This document shows positions 1-13,460 of a DNA stretch of 64,000 nucleotides, piece by piece. Source of the DNA: Heterodontus francisci (lineage: Eukaryota); contig NC_090380.1 in the NCBI RefSeq assembly GCF_036365525.1, positions 43,669,682-43,733,681 of the forward strand, in the 5' to 3' direction. A program made the position numbers and the translations under genes. Positions within the stretch are counted from its first letter, which is position 1. Each line of letters starts with the position of its first letter. Below the pieces are notes generated by a model. That model searched no databases and was not told the origin of the DNA. It was given only the letters and a program-made list of their open reading frames with translations.

Positions 1-3000
1 GGCCGGCAGAGAGCTGGACATGGTTATTGCAAAGCAAACTAACTGGAAAAGCCCATGAGGTTTATTCACTGTTGCCTGATGAGAGTTCATCAGACTATAA
101 GATGATTAAAAATGCTATTCTGGCGCAAATAAGCTAGTACCGGAGGCGTACCGCCGAAAATTACAAGCCCTCTGAAAGCAGCCTGAACAAACTTACCTCA
201 AGTTTGAATGAGTTCAGCAGCTTGCTTTTGACCAGTGGATACGGGCACTCAAGATACAGCCCACATATGAAAACCTGAGAGAGGCGATCTTTCTTGAGGA
301 GTTCAAAAACTCGCTCCCCCTTTCCATTAAAACCCACGTATGAGCTGGGATTTTATTGAACTCCCAACATCGGGCTCCGTGGCGGGGAGGGAGCCAGAAG
401 ATCGTGCTGGCAGCGGCCCGCCACAGAGCCTGACACCAGGAGTGCCGGGCCCGATCATCCTGGTGACAGCGGCGAGGCTCAATGGCGGCCTCCCGGCACT
501 GGGCAATAGGACCTGGATTAACAAAGTTAAATTAATAAAATTAATACATTTAAGTAAAACCAACAGCGATCTTACCTTCGGGCTGCAATCTTCCAAGCGG
601 CAGCTGGCACTCACGCGCCTTCACTTTCCCGTCCAGGGAAAGCAGGTGCCACCTTGGTGGGAAAGGGAGAGGAGCTTATGATTTTTAGTGCAGTTGCAGG
701 GGGGGTGGGGGGGATGTGGAATGGGCTATAATGCAAAGTACTAGTGTAGGGGAGGGGGAGAAGGAGAGACCTTTGCACTTTGGTTTGGGGAGCGTGTGGG
801 TAAGGTCAAGTGTTGAAGGTAAGTGTTTTGGTGGGGGAAGAGGGCAAATGTTGAATTTAATTGCTATTGGGGGGGGGGGGAAAGGGAATTGATTTATTGG
901 TGGTACATTGGCGGAGTAGCCCTTTAAACATTTAAATGATCTGGCAGGGCTGGCTGCCCTTTACAAATGGCGCCATCGCCTGCTCACAGGCAGCTGACAA
1001 CATTTCTGGTGACGGAGAGCCCGACCCCTCCATGTGATTGGGGGTGGGGGGTGGGGGAGGGTGGCCCCACCGGCTCATTATCCTGGGCTGCCACAAGGAA
1101 GATCGCGGCAGCATGGGGACACGTTGCCCGCACGTGCAAGCCACCATTTTCTTTTGCCCATCGCCGTTCGCGGCAGTGTGAGAAGAAAATCCAGCCCAGA
1201 GGAGGGAAAGGTTCCAGGAACCAAGCAGGCCACAATCTTGGCTGATGAATTTACACTTGTCCACAAGCCTTTACCCCAAGGGAAACCCTTCTCTAGCCAC
1301 CCCCAAGAACCCAAAATAGATAAAAGTGGGAGGGTGATGAGAGCCTGAACAGCCATGGGTGAGAAGGGAAAGCTGAACAAACAAAGGGCACTCCTCAGGA
1401 CAAAAAGGACAGTGCTGAGAGCAGGAGTGATGCCTGAAAACTTGTGTGTTTCCATTGTAACAAGGCAGGTCACCTTTGAGCTGACTGATGGAAGTTACGG
1501 GGAAAATGTATAGGATTAATTGGGGCACACCAGACCAGTGCAGGAAAAGGGGCCCTGATGGAAAGCATAGCAGACCAGGCTGAGGCTTTAACAGCAGCAG
1601 TCAAACCCAGTAAACCTACCGCTGAGAGAGTGCAGGAAAACTTAACAAAATCCCTGAGAGTTACCAGGATTTTGTTCCCAAGGAAAAGTGACCCATAACC
1701 CTTGAGTGAGGCAAGCAAGCCCATAGGCATACTTAGGGATACAGGGGCCACCCGATTCCTTCTGCTGGGAAAATGCATGACCTTTCCCCTAGAGAGTGCA
1801 CTGAATGCTAGAGTGCTAGTAAACGATATTGGATGAAAGTATACGCCCATACCCTTTATATGAGGTGCACCTGGAGTGCGACCTTGTTTCAGGACTGGTA
1901 ACCATGAGGATGGTCCCTAGTTTACCTGTGGACGGAGTGGACCTGCTCCTGGGTAATGATTTGTTGGAAGCAAAGGTGGTAACTTCCCCAGTGGTTTTAG
2001 AGAGACTGAAAGTGGTCAGGGAGACAGAGCAAATGCAGGAGAAGGTCCTCGGCATTTTCCCTCACTGTGTGGTGACCTGGCCCATGGCCAAACAAGCTTC
2101 ATCTGAGGAGGCTTAACTGGCACTGCAGACAGATGACCCTACTGTCTGGTTATCTGAAACCTTCTTTGGGAAGTGAGAGGACCAGAAGGATGGGTTAAAC
2201 AGGTCTTCCTTGGTCGAGGCTCAGCAAGCCAACCCAGTATTAAAAAGGTTAGCACAGACTGCCCAAACTGAAACTGAAGCAGAAGGAGTCCCAGAGTGCT
2301 ACTATTTAAAGAATGAGGTGATGAGGAAGTGGAGATCTCCTCACTGACCTGCAGACAAAGAATGGACAATGGTTCACCAGGTAGTGGTGCCATCAATGAA
2401 CCGTAGGAAAATATTGAGAATAGCCCATGAGATTCCAATGGCTGGACATGTTGGTATCAGAAAAAAAACAAGCCCACATAAGACAGTATTTTCACTGGCC
2501 ACAGATCCACAAGGATGTGGTAGAGTTCTGTAACTTGCCACGTGCCAGGTTGTGGGGAAGTCTCAACCTGCAATAAAGCTTGCACCCATAATTCTCATAC
2601 CAGCTTTTGCAGAACCATTCAGCAGAGTGCTGGTTGATTGGGGCCGCTGCAGAAAACAAATGGGAGCTCCCAGTATCTTCTCACCATTATGGACGTGGCT
2701 GCCAAATTTCCAGAGGCTGTCCCTCTAAGAACTATCTCTGCCAAGGTAGTGGTGGAGCAACTAACCCAATTCTTCACCGATCTGGGCTGCCTGCTGAGAT
2801 CCAGTCGGATCAGAGCACAAATCTTTTGTCCAGTATTTTTCAAAAGGACATGGGTAATCTGGGCATAACCCAGATAAAGTCCTCAGCCTACCACCTATTG
2901 TCACTAGGAGCTTTGACCCTAAAGACAATCATCAGGACATACTGCTATGAATATCCCCATGACTGGGACAAAGGGCTGGGATTTCTTCTGTTTGCTACCA

Positions 3001-4011
3001 GAGACTCACCTAATAAGTCCACCGGCTTTAGTCCCTTTGAATTAGTGTATGGACACGAGGTGAGGAGGTCCTACAAAACTAATCAAGGAGATGTTTTTAG
3101 GACACAGGGACGAATCTTCCCTGTTAGACTACATCTCCATGTTCCGAGAACAGCTCATGAGAGCCTGTGCGGTGGCTGAGAAACACCTAAAAACCTCCCA
3201 GACAGCTATGAGAAAGCAGCTGGATAAACATGCCAAGGCCAGAACATTTCAGCCCAGAGACCATGTGTTCGTGCTACTACCAATACAGGTTGAATCATTG
3301 AAAGCCTGGTTCAGTGGCCCGTTCAGAGTGGTAAAGAGAATTGGCAAGGTGAATTATATAATTGACACCCCAGATCATAGGAAAAAGCAAAGGCTGTGTC
3401 ACATCAGTATGTTAAAATGGTACCACAGCCGGGAAGAGGACAAACAAGCACAGGTCTGTCAAATAGTCAGGAAAGAGGAGGGCAAAAGGGACAGTGAGAA
3501 CAAGTTAGAGGAAGGTCTGGAAGATTCCCAAATTGAATCCCCTACCATCCGGTTAGCTAACACTGAAATGTTAGGGATATTACACATCGTACTCTTCTAT
3601 TTAAAGGCATAACAGAGAGGTGACCTAACAAGGCTGCTCACAGTGTTTGAAGGGATCTGCAGGGATAAACCAGGGTGCATAACCCTAACCCAACACAATG
3701 TAGATGTAGGGGAGACCCTTCCCATAAAACAAAATCCCTATCACCTACAGCCCAGGAAACTGACCCAGGTTTGGGAGGAAATATAGTATATGCTGGAGCA
3801 CAAGCTGATTGAGCTCAGTCAGAGCAGTTGGAGTTCCACAGTTGTGCTGGTGCCCAAGCCCAGATAAAAAAACTAAACCAGAGTACGACTATGACAGTGA
3901 GACTGATAAGTGAGTGTTTGAGAATAAATGTGTGTGTACAGTTTGTTTTTAATTTGCGACCGCATTATGAAATGCTCCTGTCGTCACATTTCATTTTGTG
4001 TGGTGTGGAGG
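1..4011 (+). mobile_element. Degenerate Gmr1-like Ty3/Gypsy LTR retrotransposon internal region (gag-PR-IN-partial RT), 5' end outside window
   Basis: Gag/SCAN-like segment (LREAIFLEEFKNSLPLSIKTH, ~275-338); CCHC knuckle CFHCNKAGH (~1447); protease LRDTGAT (~1731); integrase H2C2 (~2420-2550) and core (GPLQKT..YLLTIMDVAAKFPEAVPL, IQSDQ..N, SSAYH; 2610-2900); GPF motif (~3315); then RT N-terminus (IKQNPY..SWSSTVVLVPKP, ~3660-3865). Many stops and frameshifts. Confidence 0.9.
341..1198. mobile_element. Non-autonomous DNA transposon (Harbinger-like MITE) inserted in Gypsy gag
   Basis: TIRs TGAGCTGGGATTTT (341) and AAAATCCAGCCCA (1186-1198). Removing it restores gag 'acccacgta|gaggag', which matches the uninterrupted related gag at 34331. 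A related terminus occurs at 54889. Confidence 0.8.
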
Positions 4012-4804
4012 TGTCACGCCAACATGCTGTGGAATGATAATTTTCTTTAATCCACTGACAGGGGGAGATATATGAAATTTAAAAGAGAACAGATAAAAGA
4101 CGACTTTGCTCGCAGCTCAAGATGGCCACCTAATTTGCAACACTGTATCTGACATTGCAAGGCCTGTGAGGTGGAGACAAAATGTCTACTCATCCCAGCA
4201 AGAGCCAAAACCCAGGAAGTTTAAGAAAACTCCCTCTTTTTAGCAAGAAGAAATGCACTGCTAACTACCATACTTGAATCACTGGTTGACTGTTATATGA
4301 TAAGCCCCCTCCACCCCAACTGTGGTTTAAACTGCAGCAGGTTGAGAAGCATCTGGACTCTGATATGTACAGATCCAAGTGGGGGTCCCTCCTTTCTCTC
4401 TATCTCCATTTCAGTTTGCAAGCTTCGCACTCTGCCTGCTGACTGACCACCTCTGCACACTCCAGCTACAATCAGAAACCCCTTTGGAGGAAATCATCTG
4501 CATTGCTGTCTCCAAGAGACCCACCAAATCAGTCATCTATCTCTCGACCGAATTCAGCTAGAAGCCAGTTTATTATTTTAGTTAATTCAGTTTAAGTACA
4601 ATAAAGTTAACCTCTTTTTTTGCTAAACTCAAGAGAACCTGTCTGATAGGATCATAGCATGTAAGTAACCAAACAAGAACAAAACACCTACTGAATTGGC
4701 CAGTACATCCACTTTAAAAAAGAATTAAACCTGTTGTGGTCAAACAAGGAGAGGGAAAAGAGGGAAGCCCTTCGACCCCTTCTCACCCAACCGTAACCGT
4801 AACA
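4012..4804 (+). mobile_element. 3' LTR of the Gmr1-like element
   Basis: Starts TGTCAC after G-rich PPT-like GTGGTGTGGAGG and ends ..CGTAACA; AATAAA at ~4600. Upstream context resembles that of the LTRs at 32410 and 36339. Confidence 0.8.
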
Positions 4805-5475
4805 GGTGTGCATAGACAAATGCATCCTGCATTGAGCAGTCTGCCAGAAAGCCTGTGGTCACTGTCAAGGAGCATGGAGGAGTCTAGCACCAACAACATA
4901 GGGCTTTGCGCAGAGCTTTGAGCCCATTGCTTTCCAGCATGGAAGCGGTGGCCAAGTCCATCAACACACTTGCGAACTAAACCATGATGCAGGGTCTAAT
5001 GGCCGATGTCTCAGCTTCCATTACAGCACAAACAGAAGCCACCCAATGACTGAATGCTGCAGTGGAAGCTCAACTTGTTGCCATGAAGGCTTAGACTGCT
5101 TCGATCATGGTTGCAAATACCAGTGTTCAAAGGGTGCAGTATGTCACAGCAGTCCAGCAATCTGTCCTCCAACACAATGCTAGAATTGCTGAAATGTCAT
5201 CCTGGGTGGAGCAGCAGTCACTGCATGGAGCATGAACCTGCTGTCCTCTCTCAGGATGGCAGCAGTTATCCTCCCACTACTGCTACTCCGCCAGAGCCCT
5301 TGCTGTTGCCCATCAGCCAGCCCGGACTGCTGCCAGAGAGATGGTGCAGTCTGAAGCTGGGCTTTCTAAGGCCTCAGCTGCTAGAGGGCGTCCTGCAAGA
5401 CCAAGTGCAGTATCTGCCACTGAGAGTCAGTAGCCTTCCACCAGCCATACTTAAGCCACTGGGGAAGCACTAGGA
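4805..5475 (+). pseudogene. Probable C-terminal part of a Harbinger Myb/SANT-like accessory gene (remnant)
   Basis: Degenerate coiled-coil-like reading (HRQMHPALSSLPESLWSLSRSMEESSTN) convergent with the Harbinger transposase relic. Assignment is inferred from position and resemblance. Confidence 0.45.
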
Positions 5476-6101
5476 CAGGCAAAGACAAAAGGAATGCACA
5501 AGGGTGATTATTTGACATTTGTAAGAAATATCAGATAGTTTGTTTGATAAAGTTGGGTTGGAATCTTTGTATTGTGCTGGCTTTTATTTCAGCTTTGTAG
5601 TCAAGTGGATGCTTTGATGGTCAGTGACAGAGGAAAGGGAAGATGTGGGACTGTTGTAGAATGGGGAATGTGGGTTGTGTTCACTGAAACTGCAGTGGAC
5701 AGCCAGCCAGAAAGGAGCTGTTTGTTATATACCTGGTGGCAAGGGCAGTGCCCTCATGATGGTGAGGTTGTGCAGGATGCAGCAGACCATAACTTATTGT
5801 GAAACATGCTTTGCAGAGTACTGCAGGACTCCTCCAGTGCAGTCCAGGGTGCAGAAGTATTGCTTGAGCACCCTAACGGTCTGTTCAATGACATTTTTTA
5901 TGGCAACATGGTTCTCGATATGTGCATGCTGACCTCGTGTGCTTGGGTTGCAGACTGGAGTCATGAGCCTAGTGGTCAGCAAATAGCCCTTGTTGCCCAG
6001 TAGCCAACCTCTGGCTTGACCTGGTGACTCAGATTCTCATGGTATAGAGAGCTGGAACAAAATAAAGGCATCATAATTGCTGCCAGGATAGTTCTTACCA
6101 G

Positions 6102-6527
6102 CATAGAACCATAGAAAGGTTATGGCACAGAAGAAGGCCGTTCAGCTCATTTTTTCAGTTGGCGCAGACTCAAAAACTAGCCACCCAATCTAATCCCACC
6201 TTCCAACACCTGGTCCGTAGCCTTGCAGGTTACAGCACTTCAGGTGCAGGTCCAAGCACCTTTTAAATGAGTTGAGGGTTTCTGCCTCCACCACCGATCT
6301 GGGCAGTGAATTCCAGACACCCACCACCCTCTAGGTGAAAAAGTTTTTCCTCAATTCCCCTCTATTCCTCGACTAATCACCTTAAATCTGTGCCCCCTGG
6401 TAATTGACCTCTCTGCTAGGGGAAACAGGTCTTTCCTGTCTACTCCATCTAGGCCCCTCATAATTTTTTACATCTCAATTAAGTGACCCCTCAGCTTCCT
6501 CTGTTCGAAGGAAAACAACCCTAGCAT
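6102..6527 (-). mobile_element. CR1 LINE 3' fragment
   Basis: TCTATG-type tail and 3' region matching other CR1 ends in the window; interrupts the Harbinger transposase. Confidence 0.8.
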
Positions 6528-7085
6528 AACAGAAGCATAAACCCTGAGGAAAAGTTTGTAATTTTTGTGCCTTTAGTGTGTGCAATAAAACACCACCTTG
6601 TGGTTTTCAAGACCTGTGTTTTTAAATATCTTTTTCAACCACTTTGCAACCACATGCATTGATGTACATGATGCACTGTGCATGGTCGCACACCAACTGT
6701 ACATTAAGAACCCTTTACAGTTGCAGTACATCTCTGTGGTGTCAATGAAGTGCCTGCAAAGCAATGTGTGCACAGTTGATGGCACACTGCACCATGGGAA
6801 AGTCCACCATCTTGGCAAAGCCAGGTGTCTTCTCTGCCTGCATCTCTTTGGAAAGAGAAAATGCCCTCCTAGTATACAGTGCATCAGTCAGTGGATGGCC
6901 AACTGTGAGATGATAGAGGTGTCGCCTGCTCCAGCCTGGAAGGATCCCGATGTAAAGAAATTCATGGCCAGATATCCTTCACAGCTATTGGCAGAGTTGT
7001 CTGTGCCCTGTTCTGAGGCTGAAGATCTGCCTGCCAGAGGTGGTAGTTTTCAGTGAGCACCTGCTTCATAAAATAGAGATGACAC

Positions 7086-7999
7086 CGTTATGACCAGATG
7101 AGAAAGGGGTCTAGGGGTCCCTCTCAACCTTCACCTGGTCTTGTCGTAACAGGGTTTAATTTTAAACACCCCGTGTTTTTAGCTGCTCCTTGGTGAATTG
7201 CTTTCCAATTATAAGGCAAAGAAACCAGCACAAACAGGTTTTCTTAGGTTTAAAGAAGAAAGGTTGAAATTTATTAAACTTAAACTCTAATTTGGTTAAC
7301 GCCTAAGAATACATGACGCGCCCATACTAGCATGCATACGCAATACAAAATGCAGATAGAGACAGAAAGGAGCAGGAGAAAATAAAGTGGAAAAGTTTGA
7401 GGCAATCTCTGAAGAGGGTTTTGTTACGGTTCTTCGAGCTCACTGTAGAGTCCTTGATTGTGGGTAGATTTTGCTCTTCATTGGGGCCCAGTATTCTTCA
7501 TAAACCTTGTTTGCTGTAGGAGACCTTTCTCTCTTGGGGTTCATGTGTCTTCTGTGGATTTGGAGTTCCATGAGAAAGAGAGCGAGAACCAAACAGGAGA
7601 GGTCTTCTTCAGTCCAGGAGCATACTGCAGTCTCAGAGATCAAACTGATTGTACAATTCAGAAAAAACAGGTTGCCAAGCTGGCTAGTCATGTGACCAGC
7701 TGGTCTGACCATGTCTGTTTGTGGATTTGGCCATCCCAGCAGTCATCCTGAAATTTGAGCTCCCTTACCTTCAAGAGCTGGTGCTCAAAGTCCATTGTGA
7801 GTTAAATTGGATAAGGGAAGTAACCCCTTTGTCTCCCCAAGCACTGTCTGTTAATATGCAAATGTCTTTCCAGCCAAGGGCAAGGTGATTATTTTTTTTA
7901 AACAAGTCCTTTCTTTATTTCAGTAACAGTTTTCAAATCAATGTTCATATGACAAAATTAATGTGCCTCATTCTTGGCAAGTAGGGAATCTGCATGGCA
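7086..7999 (-). mobile_element. Solo LTR (Gmr1-like family related to the 32410/36339/42516 LTRs)
   Basis: Begins (c)gttatgaccag, the reverse complement of LTR end ctggtcataaca, and ends catggca. Shares internal blocks with the LTR at 42516-43333. Transposase sequence resumes on both sides. Confidence 0.85.
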
Positions 8000-10899
8000 C
8001 ACTGTTCCTTGCTAAGGCTGAGGTAAGAAAATTGCTCCCCGATGATCCTGAATGGATATGGCCTCCTGCTGACAGACCTTCTTCGAGCAGCTCGTCTTCC
8101 TTTGTGTTGCCTGTGCTCAATCTTCCGGTCATGCTGCAGGACCAAGGAAATAGAAACTATAGCACCTATAACTGAAAGCAAGTGGCCTGAGCATAAACCC
8201 TTGAGATGAGAACCAAGGCCTTCACTTAATGCAACACCACTCCCTGTAAACCTCGCCAACTGAAAAAACCGTACAAACCACCAAACACTTCTACAAACTC
8301 AGCAGCAGCCAGTATAAATCAATTTGCAATTAACCTGAAAGTAGTTGATGATCTCTTTAAATAGCACTGGTGAGGGGTCCTTCCTGCTGCTGAACGCATG
8401 TTTAGCTGTGCGAGGTTAAGAGAGGGTGGTAGCTGAAGCATTGAGGCTGCTCAACGTGACTGTCGTCACCATCTGCCTACTCTGCATACTTGCAATGCAC
8501 ACTGTTAATACCCACGTTAACACTGTCACAAAAATACCACCTGGCGTGGCACACACCAGAAATGCGTGCAGATGTCACGGAGGCCATTTTGCACACAAAA
8601 AGACGCCCATAGCATGAAAAAAAACAAATGCTACAGTGCCAAATTTTGCAGCCTCTCATTTGATCATGACACGTTCATCAATACCTTCAAGAATGTAACA
8701 TGATCACAGCAAATTGTTCCCAATTTTTTTTAAGTTAAAAAAGTCCCAAACACATATTTTCACTGGAATTGAATAGCAGACAGCAGATCAAATAAAATCT
8801 CTCATAATTTATCAAGCTAAATTGGAATATGGTTTCTGTACATAGCTATTTTAACACGTTATACACAGAAACATAATTATAGAAGCCAATAACATGCTAA
8901 AACTTATAAAAATAAAATATTTTTAATCACATTGACTGAACGTCCAGTCCATGGAAACTACCCTGCAGAAGGCTGTGGAGTTACCATACACTGAGATACA
9001 CTACAGTTGTGAGAATTTGTGTTGCATATTGCTGTTAAGATCTTGGAGTTAACAACCCTTGTATGGTGTACCACACAGTAGATATAATGAACTGTGCCTT
9101 TTCTCACCTGACAACTCCTTTTGAAAACAGGCCTACTGGGGTTGCAGTCCCATGCAGTCAATGGATATGTGGCACTGGCACTGTAACAGCTGCTTCCTAT
9201 TCCTTTGCTGTCACCCACATCTACTTAGTTCCCCTCACTTGTTAGATGTGCTTAACTCATCCCTCCTTCCTCAAACCCATCTAAATGCTCAACAGTGTTT
9301 GTATCTGTGGTGGTACTTCCATGAGATGGCCTTCCATCTGATTTAGGAATATGTCACTGAGTGAGTGAAACAATAAGACTAATAAAAGTGGAATGCTTGA
9401 AGTTTGGTGATAGAACAGCCCAGACCCGCCCCTACCACTTTTTAAAGAGTGGTTTGGAGCAATTTCAAAGGCACTCTCCTCAAAGCAGGACAGTGGCTTC
9501 AAGTTGTTGGGTTACCCTCCAGTCTGTTCTTTCTTGATAATTATGTATTACCTCATCCTAAAACCACATGCAGCATATCTAGATGTTAGACTTCAGGCTG
9601 GACCATCACTGCGTCAAGTCTGCAATTCTCCTTCGGAGTCCACTGTACAACATGAAAGTAGTTTCTGATAGCGATGTTGGTTTAGGCTACAAGATTTCCA
9701 GTGTCACATACAAAGCGTATCCTATAGCTTTATTGACATGAATACATGCATGAAAAACTTTGAAGGTCAGAAGTGCTTCTTGTGATGCTGTAACCTCCTT
9801 CATCCAAGAGGAAAAGCAGCAGGAGATCATAATTGTAATGTCTACATCAAGCACTGTAACATGCCAATCATAATAATCTATCCAAATTTAAATAAGCTTA
9901 TCTTTTCACCCTGATGTAAATTTGTTTCCAAATCCATAAATTACATTTACTCAGCAACTTGCATCCAGGCATTTTGAATTTCAGCTCAACAGGATGGTGC
10001 ACTTCATCACCAAAGATGAGCACTCATTAAAGTTGTGCAGTAAAGACTGCACCTCCTGTAGCAAGACCTCAAAAGGCATGGTCATGAAAATGTTTTTTGG
10101 ATGCGTGCGAAATGACCTCTCCTTTAATGCTAACTAGCAGCGCTGTAAAAGCTGTTGAAAATTATGATCCATTACACAACCTGCCCATTCTTCCCCCCCC
10201 ACCCACGCCACATAGTTCTGGTGTGGTTGAAATCATGCAAAAAAAAAACCTTCCTGTGCCATTTCATTGAACATGTTTGCGTCACAAGAGATTGCAATTT
10301 TTTTAAAGCAGAAATAAACTTGAATTAATGGAAGTACACTATTCAGGAGTCTAGCCAGTATCAACATTATTTCCAAGTATCAGCAATTATTTTGGAAAGA
10401 TTCAAGATAATACCAGATCAATTTGCTTATTACACCCATCATATTCCCAAAATTCTAAACCGATCTTTTTGTAGGCCATACTTTAATCCTTTCAATAATA
10501 TGTCATTAGTGCATTTCTAATCAGCTAGTCATGACATTTAGTCATAGTGGGCCTCAAGGCGAGCCAACCAAAACAAATTGGGGAAAGTATCATATGTGTG
10601 AGGTCATCAATATATTAAATGCTCTTGCACTCCAGTATGTCCATGATTTTCTTTGTTAATTGTCCATAGCTTCAAGTCTGAACAGTTTTTCAATGTATTT
10701 AATCAGTCTTTCACCAGAGCTGAAAACGAACTCTTCCCAAATAATTAGCTTAGAGTAATGGCACAAAGATCAATAAACTCAATAAGGCTTGAAGCCTCAG
10801 TAATCATATTATGGATATCAACAAGTCTTCTGAAATAATTGTTTTAAATATAGTTGTGTGGTTATGCAGGTCATTTTTTTTTTTAAAAAGCATTATAAG

Positions 10900-12155
10900 A
10901 GAGAGAGTCAGTTATTTACAGCACTGAAGGAGGCCATTCGGTCCATCAAGTTCATGCCAGCTCTTCATGGAGCTATGCAGTCAGTCCCTCTCATTCGCTT
11001 AATTCCCCTAGCCCTGCAAGTTTATTTCTCTCAGGTGGCCATCCAACTTCCTCTTGAAATCATTGATCATCTCCGCTTCCACCATCCATGTGGGCAGCGA
11101 GTTCCAGGTCATTACTACCCGCTGCATAAAAAATTGCTTCCTCACATCCCCCCTGCATCTTTGCCCAAAACCTTCAATCTGTGACCCCTAGTCCTTTACC
11201 ATTAGTTAATGGAAACAAACAGTTTTTCCTTGTCTAACTTATCTAAGCCTGTCATAATCTTATACACTTCCATTAAATCTCCCCTCAATCTCTTTTGTTC
11301 TAAGGAGAACAAACGCAGCTTTTCCAACCTAACTTTGTAACTAAAATCCCTCATCCCTGGAACCATTCCGATAAATCTCCTCTGCCTCCTCTCAAGGACC
11401 CTAAAATCCTTCCTGAAGTGTGGTGACCAGAACTGGATGCAATATTCCAGTTGGGGTCAAACCAGAGGTTTATAAATGTTCAGCATAACTTCCTTGATTT
11501 TGTACTCAATGTCTCTACTTATGAAGCCCAAGATCCCATATGCTTTGCTGACCACTCTCTCAATATGTCCTTCCACCTTCAAAGATCAATGCACATGCAC
11601 CCCCAGGTCCCTCTGTTTCTGCACACTCTTTAGAACTGTGCCATTAAGTCTTTAATGCCTCTCCCTATTCCTTCTACCAAAATGCATCACCTCACTCATC
11701 AGTATTAAATTCCATCTGCCACCAGTTTGCCCATTCCGCTAGCCTATCTATGTCTTGTTGCAGGCGGTTCATATCATCCTCACTGTTTGATGCACCTCCA
11801 AGTTTGGTGTCATCAGCAAATTCTGAGATTCTACTCTGTATTCCAAGATCCAGGTCATTTATATATAGCAAAAAAGCAGTGGCCCCAGCATTGACCCTTG
11901 GGGAACACAACTGTCTACCATCTTCCAGTCTGAAAAGCAACCATTTACTATGACTTGCTGTTTTCTATCCTTAAGCCAATTTTTTTTTATCCAGTTGGAC
12001 ACTGACCTTCCTATTCCATGAGCTCAATGTTGTCAACCAGCCTTTCATGTGGTACCCTATCAAACACTTTCTTAAAATCCATATAAACATCCAACGCATT
12101 CCTTTCATCAACCTTCTCTGTTATTTCATCAAAAAATTCAATTTGATTAGTCAAT
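10900..12155 (-). mobile_element. CR1 LINE 3' portion (RT C-terminus and tail)
   Basis: ORF 11692-11940 FLLYINDLDLG..FADDTKLGG..LQQDIDRLAEWANWWQMEFN; CR1 3' UTR near 10900-11050. Confidence 0.92.
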
Positions 12156-12733
12156 TAGATATTTGAAGATAACTAAAATCTGCAGAGCTGTATATAGAAT
12201 AGTTGGTGTTTTCATATTGTAACATTGCATTCATAATTAAATAAAATGTGTCGGTATTTAATAGACCAAACAGAATATCAAACGTTGATTAATGGTTTCA
12301 GGTTAATCCTACATATATATGGAAAAACTATCATTTGGAGCCATTCCCCACAAACTGTGCTAGTTGTCAAGAACACTTCATGTTCTGCTGGCTGTCACTC
12401 TCCCATTATGTGGTCAGCTGCAAATCCAGGAAACAAAATGCTCCTGCCCTTCCTTGCCTGCCAAAGGATTGATTAATGTGTTAATAAACCAGTGACTCCC
12501 TGGCACATGGACGATATTCCAGGACGCAAACAACACTACAATCATACCATTAGAGTTAATCACGGTAACTGCAGGCATACTTGGCGAAATAATTGCATAA
12601 GATGACTGTTGTGTAAACACAAAACAGCCATTTGCTGCATCAGCGTCTTGAATGGGGTTACTGACTGGACCAGAAAATGGCTTTCATTCCTTCTTCTGCA
12701 CCCATTGTATAAATGAGAATTATTGACCATAAT

Positions 12734-13460
12734 GGGCCATAATTTGCTGGAACAGGCATCTAATGGTGTCTCCATTAGCTAGACTTGTCCTTGCATGTTC
12801 AGTTTTTTTTTTCTTTTTGCTTGGCACATTGCTGAAAGTGCAAGCTGATAATGTCACAGCAAGAGAAACAGGGCATCTGGGGCCTGAGTGAACAGAGTAA
12901 GCAACTGCATCTCCTTAACCAATCAAATTGAAGGATTATGCAATTAAGAGTACTAGGACTGAGAAGGAAATGTAAATTAAATTGGGTGAATTCATGTAAA
13001 ATCCAGTCAGAGACGGAAATAAAGAGAGGGAAAGAAAGATTGGATTAAGAAGAGAAAAAATAGAAAGGATAATTTAATAAAAATTTTACATTTTGTAAAA
13101 TCTTCAAATATTAAAACCTGAAGGAATGAGACTTCACAGTTATAATAGTTATTTCTTAGTGCCAGATTGGTTGACTGGCAGTAGTTAACACTTAAAAAGG
13201 GTACTTAGTCTAAAATGGACCATACTTTGTGACTTCAGTTCATATCTAAACGTGCAAGTACAGAAATTTCATGACATCCAATGCACTCCAAATGGTGAGA
13301 CAGACAGCAAGGTGCTGTTTTGCAAAATTAATGGAGGAGCACTGCATCCAGGTCAGTAACCTCTGGATTTTCATGTTTAACCTTGCATCTGCCCTCACCT
13401 AAAGTTACTATATAATTTGCACATTAGCGTCGCTGTTATTTTGACATCAAATTATGGATC
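12734..13460. mobile_element. Harbinger-like MITE with 3-bp TSD
   Basis: TIRs GGGCCATAATTTG and CAAATTATGGATC flanked by AAT on both sides (12731-12733, 13461-13463). Internal blocks (AGGACTGAGAAGGA..GGGTGAA) are shared with 18495-19343. Confidence 0.75.

Larger units (their letters stand above)
5640..8170 (-). pseudogene. Harbinger/PIF (HARBI1-like) DDE transposase relic, split by CR1 and solo-LTR insertions
   Basis: Ordered motifs on minus strand: RRPYP..SYLSLSKEQC (~8070-8000); LQADLQP-like; NFFTSGSFQAGAGD (~6965-6920); FPMVQCAINCAHIA (~6805-6760); NVQLVCD (~6705); YPGSNYDAFI (~6090-6060); GWLLGNKGY (~6009-5983); KNVIEQTVRVLKQYFCTLDCTGGVLQYS (~5900-5815). A possible TIR lies near 8640-8655. 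Confidence 0.88.

Noticed and set aside
5640-8170. Host HARBI1 gene
   Set aside because: Catalytic-motif aspartates are mutated, with stops, frameshifts and TE interruptions.
8950-10100. Possible additional exons or processed pseudogene
   Set aside because: The translations examined showed no recognisable domain and no GluK1 exon 2 sequence; left unassigned.
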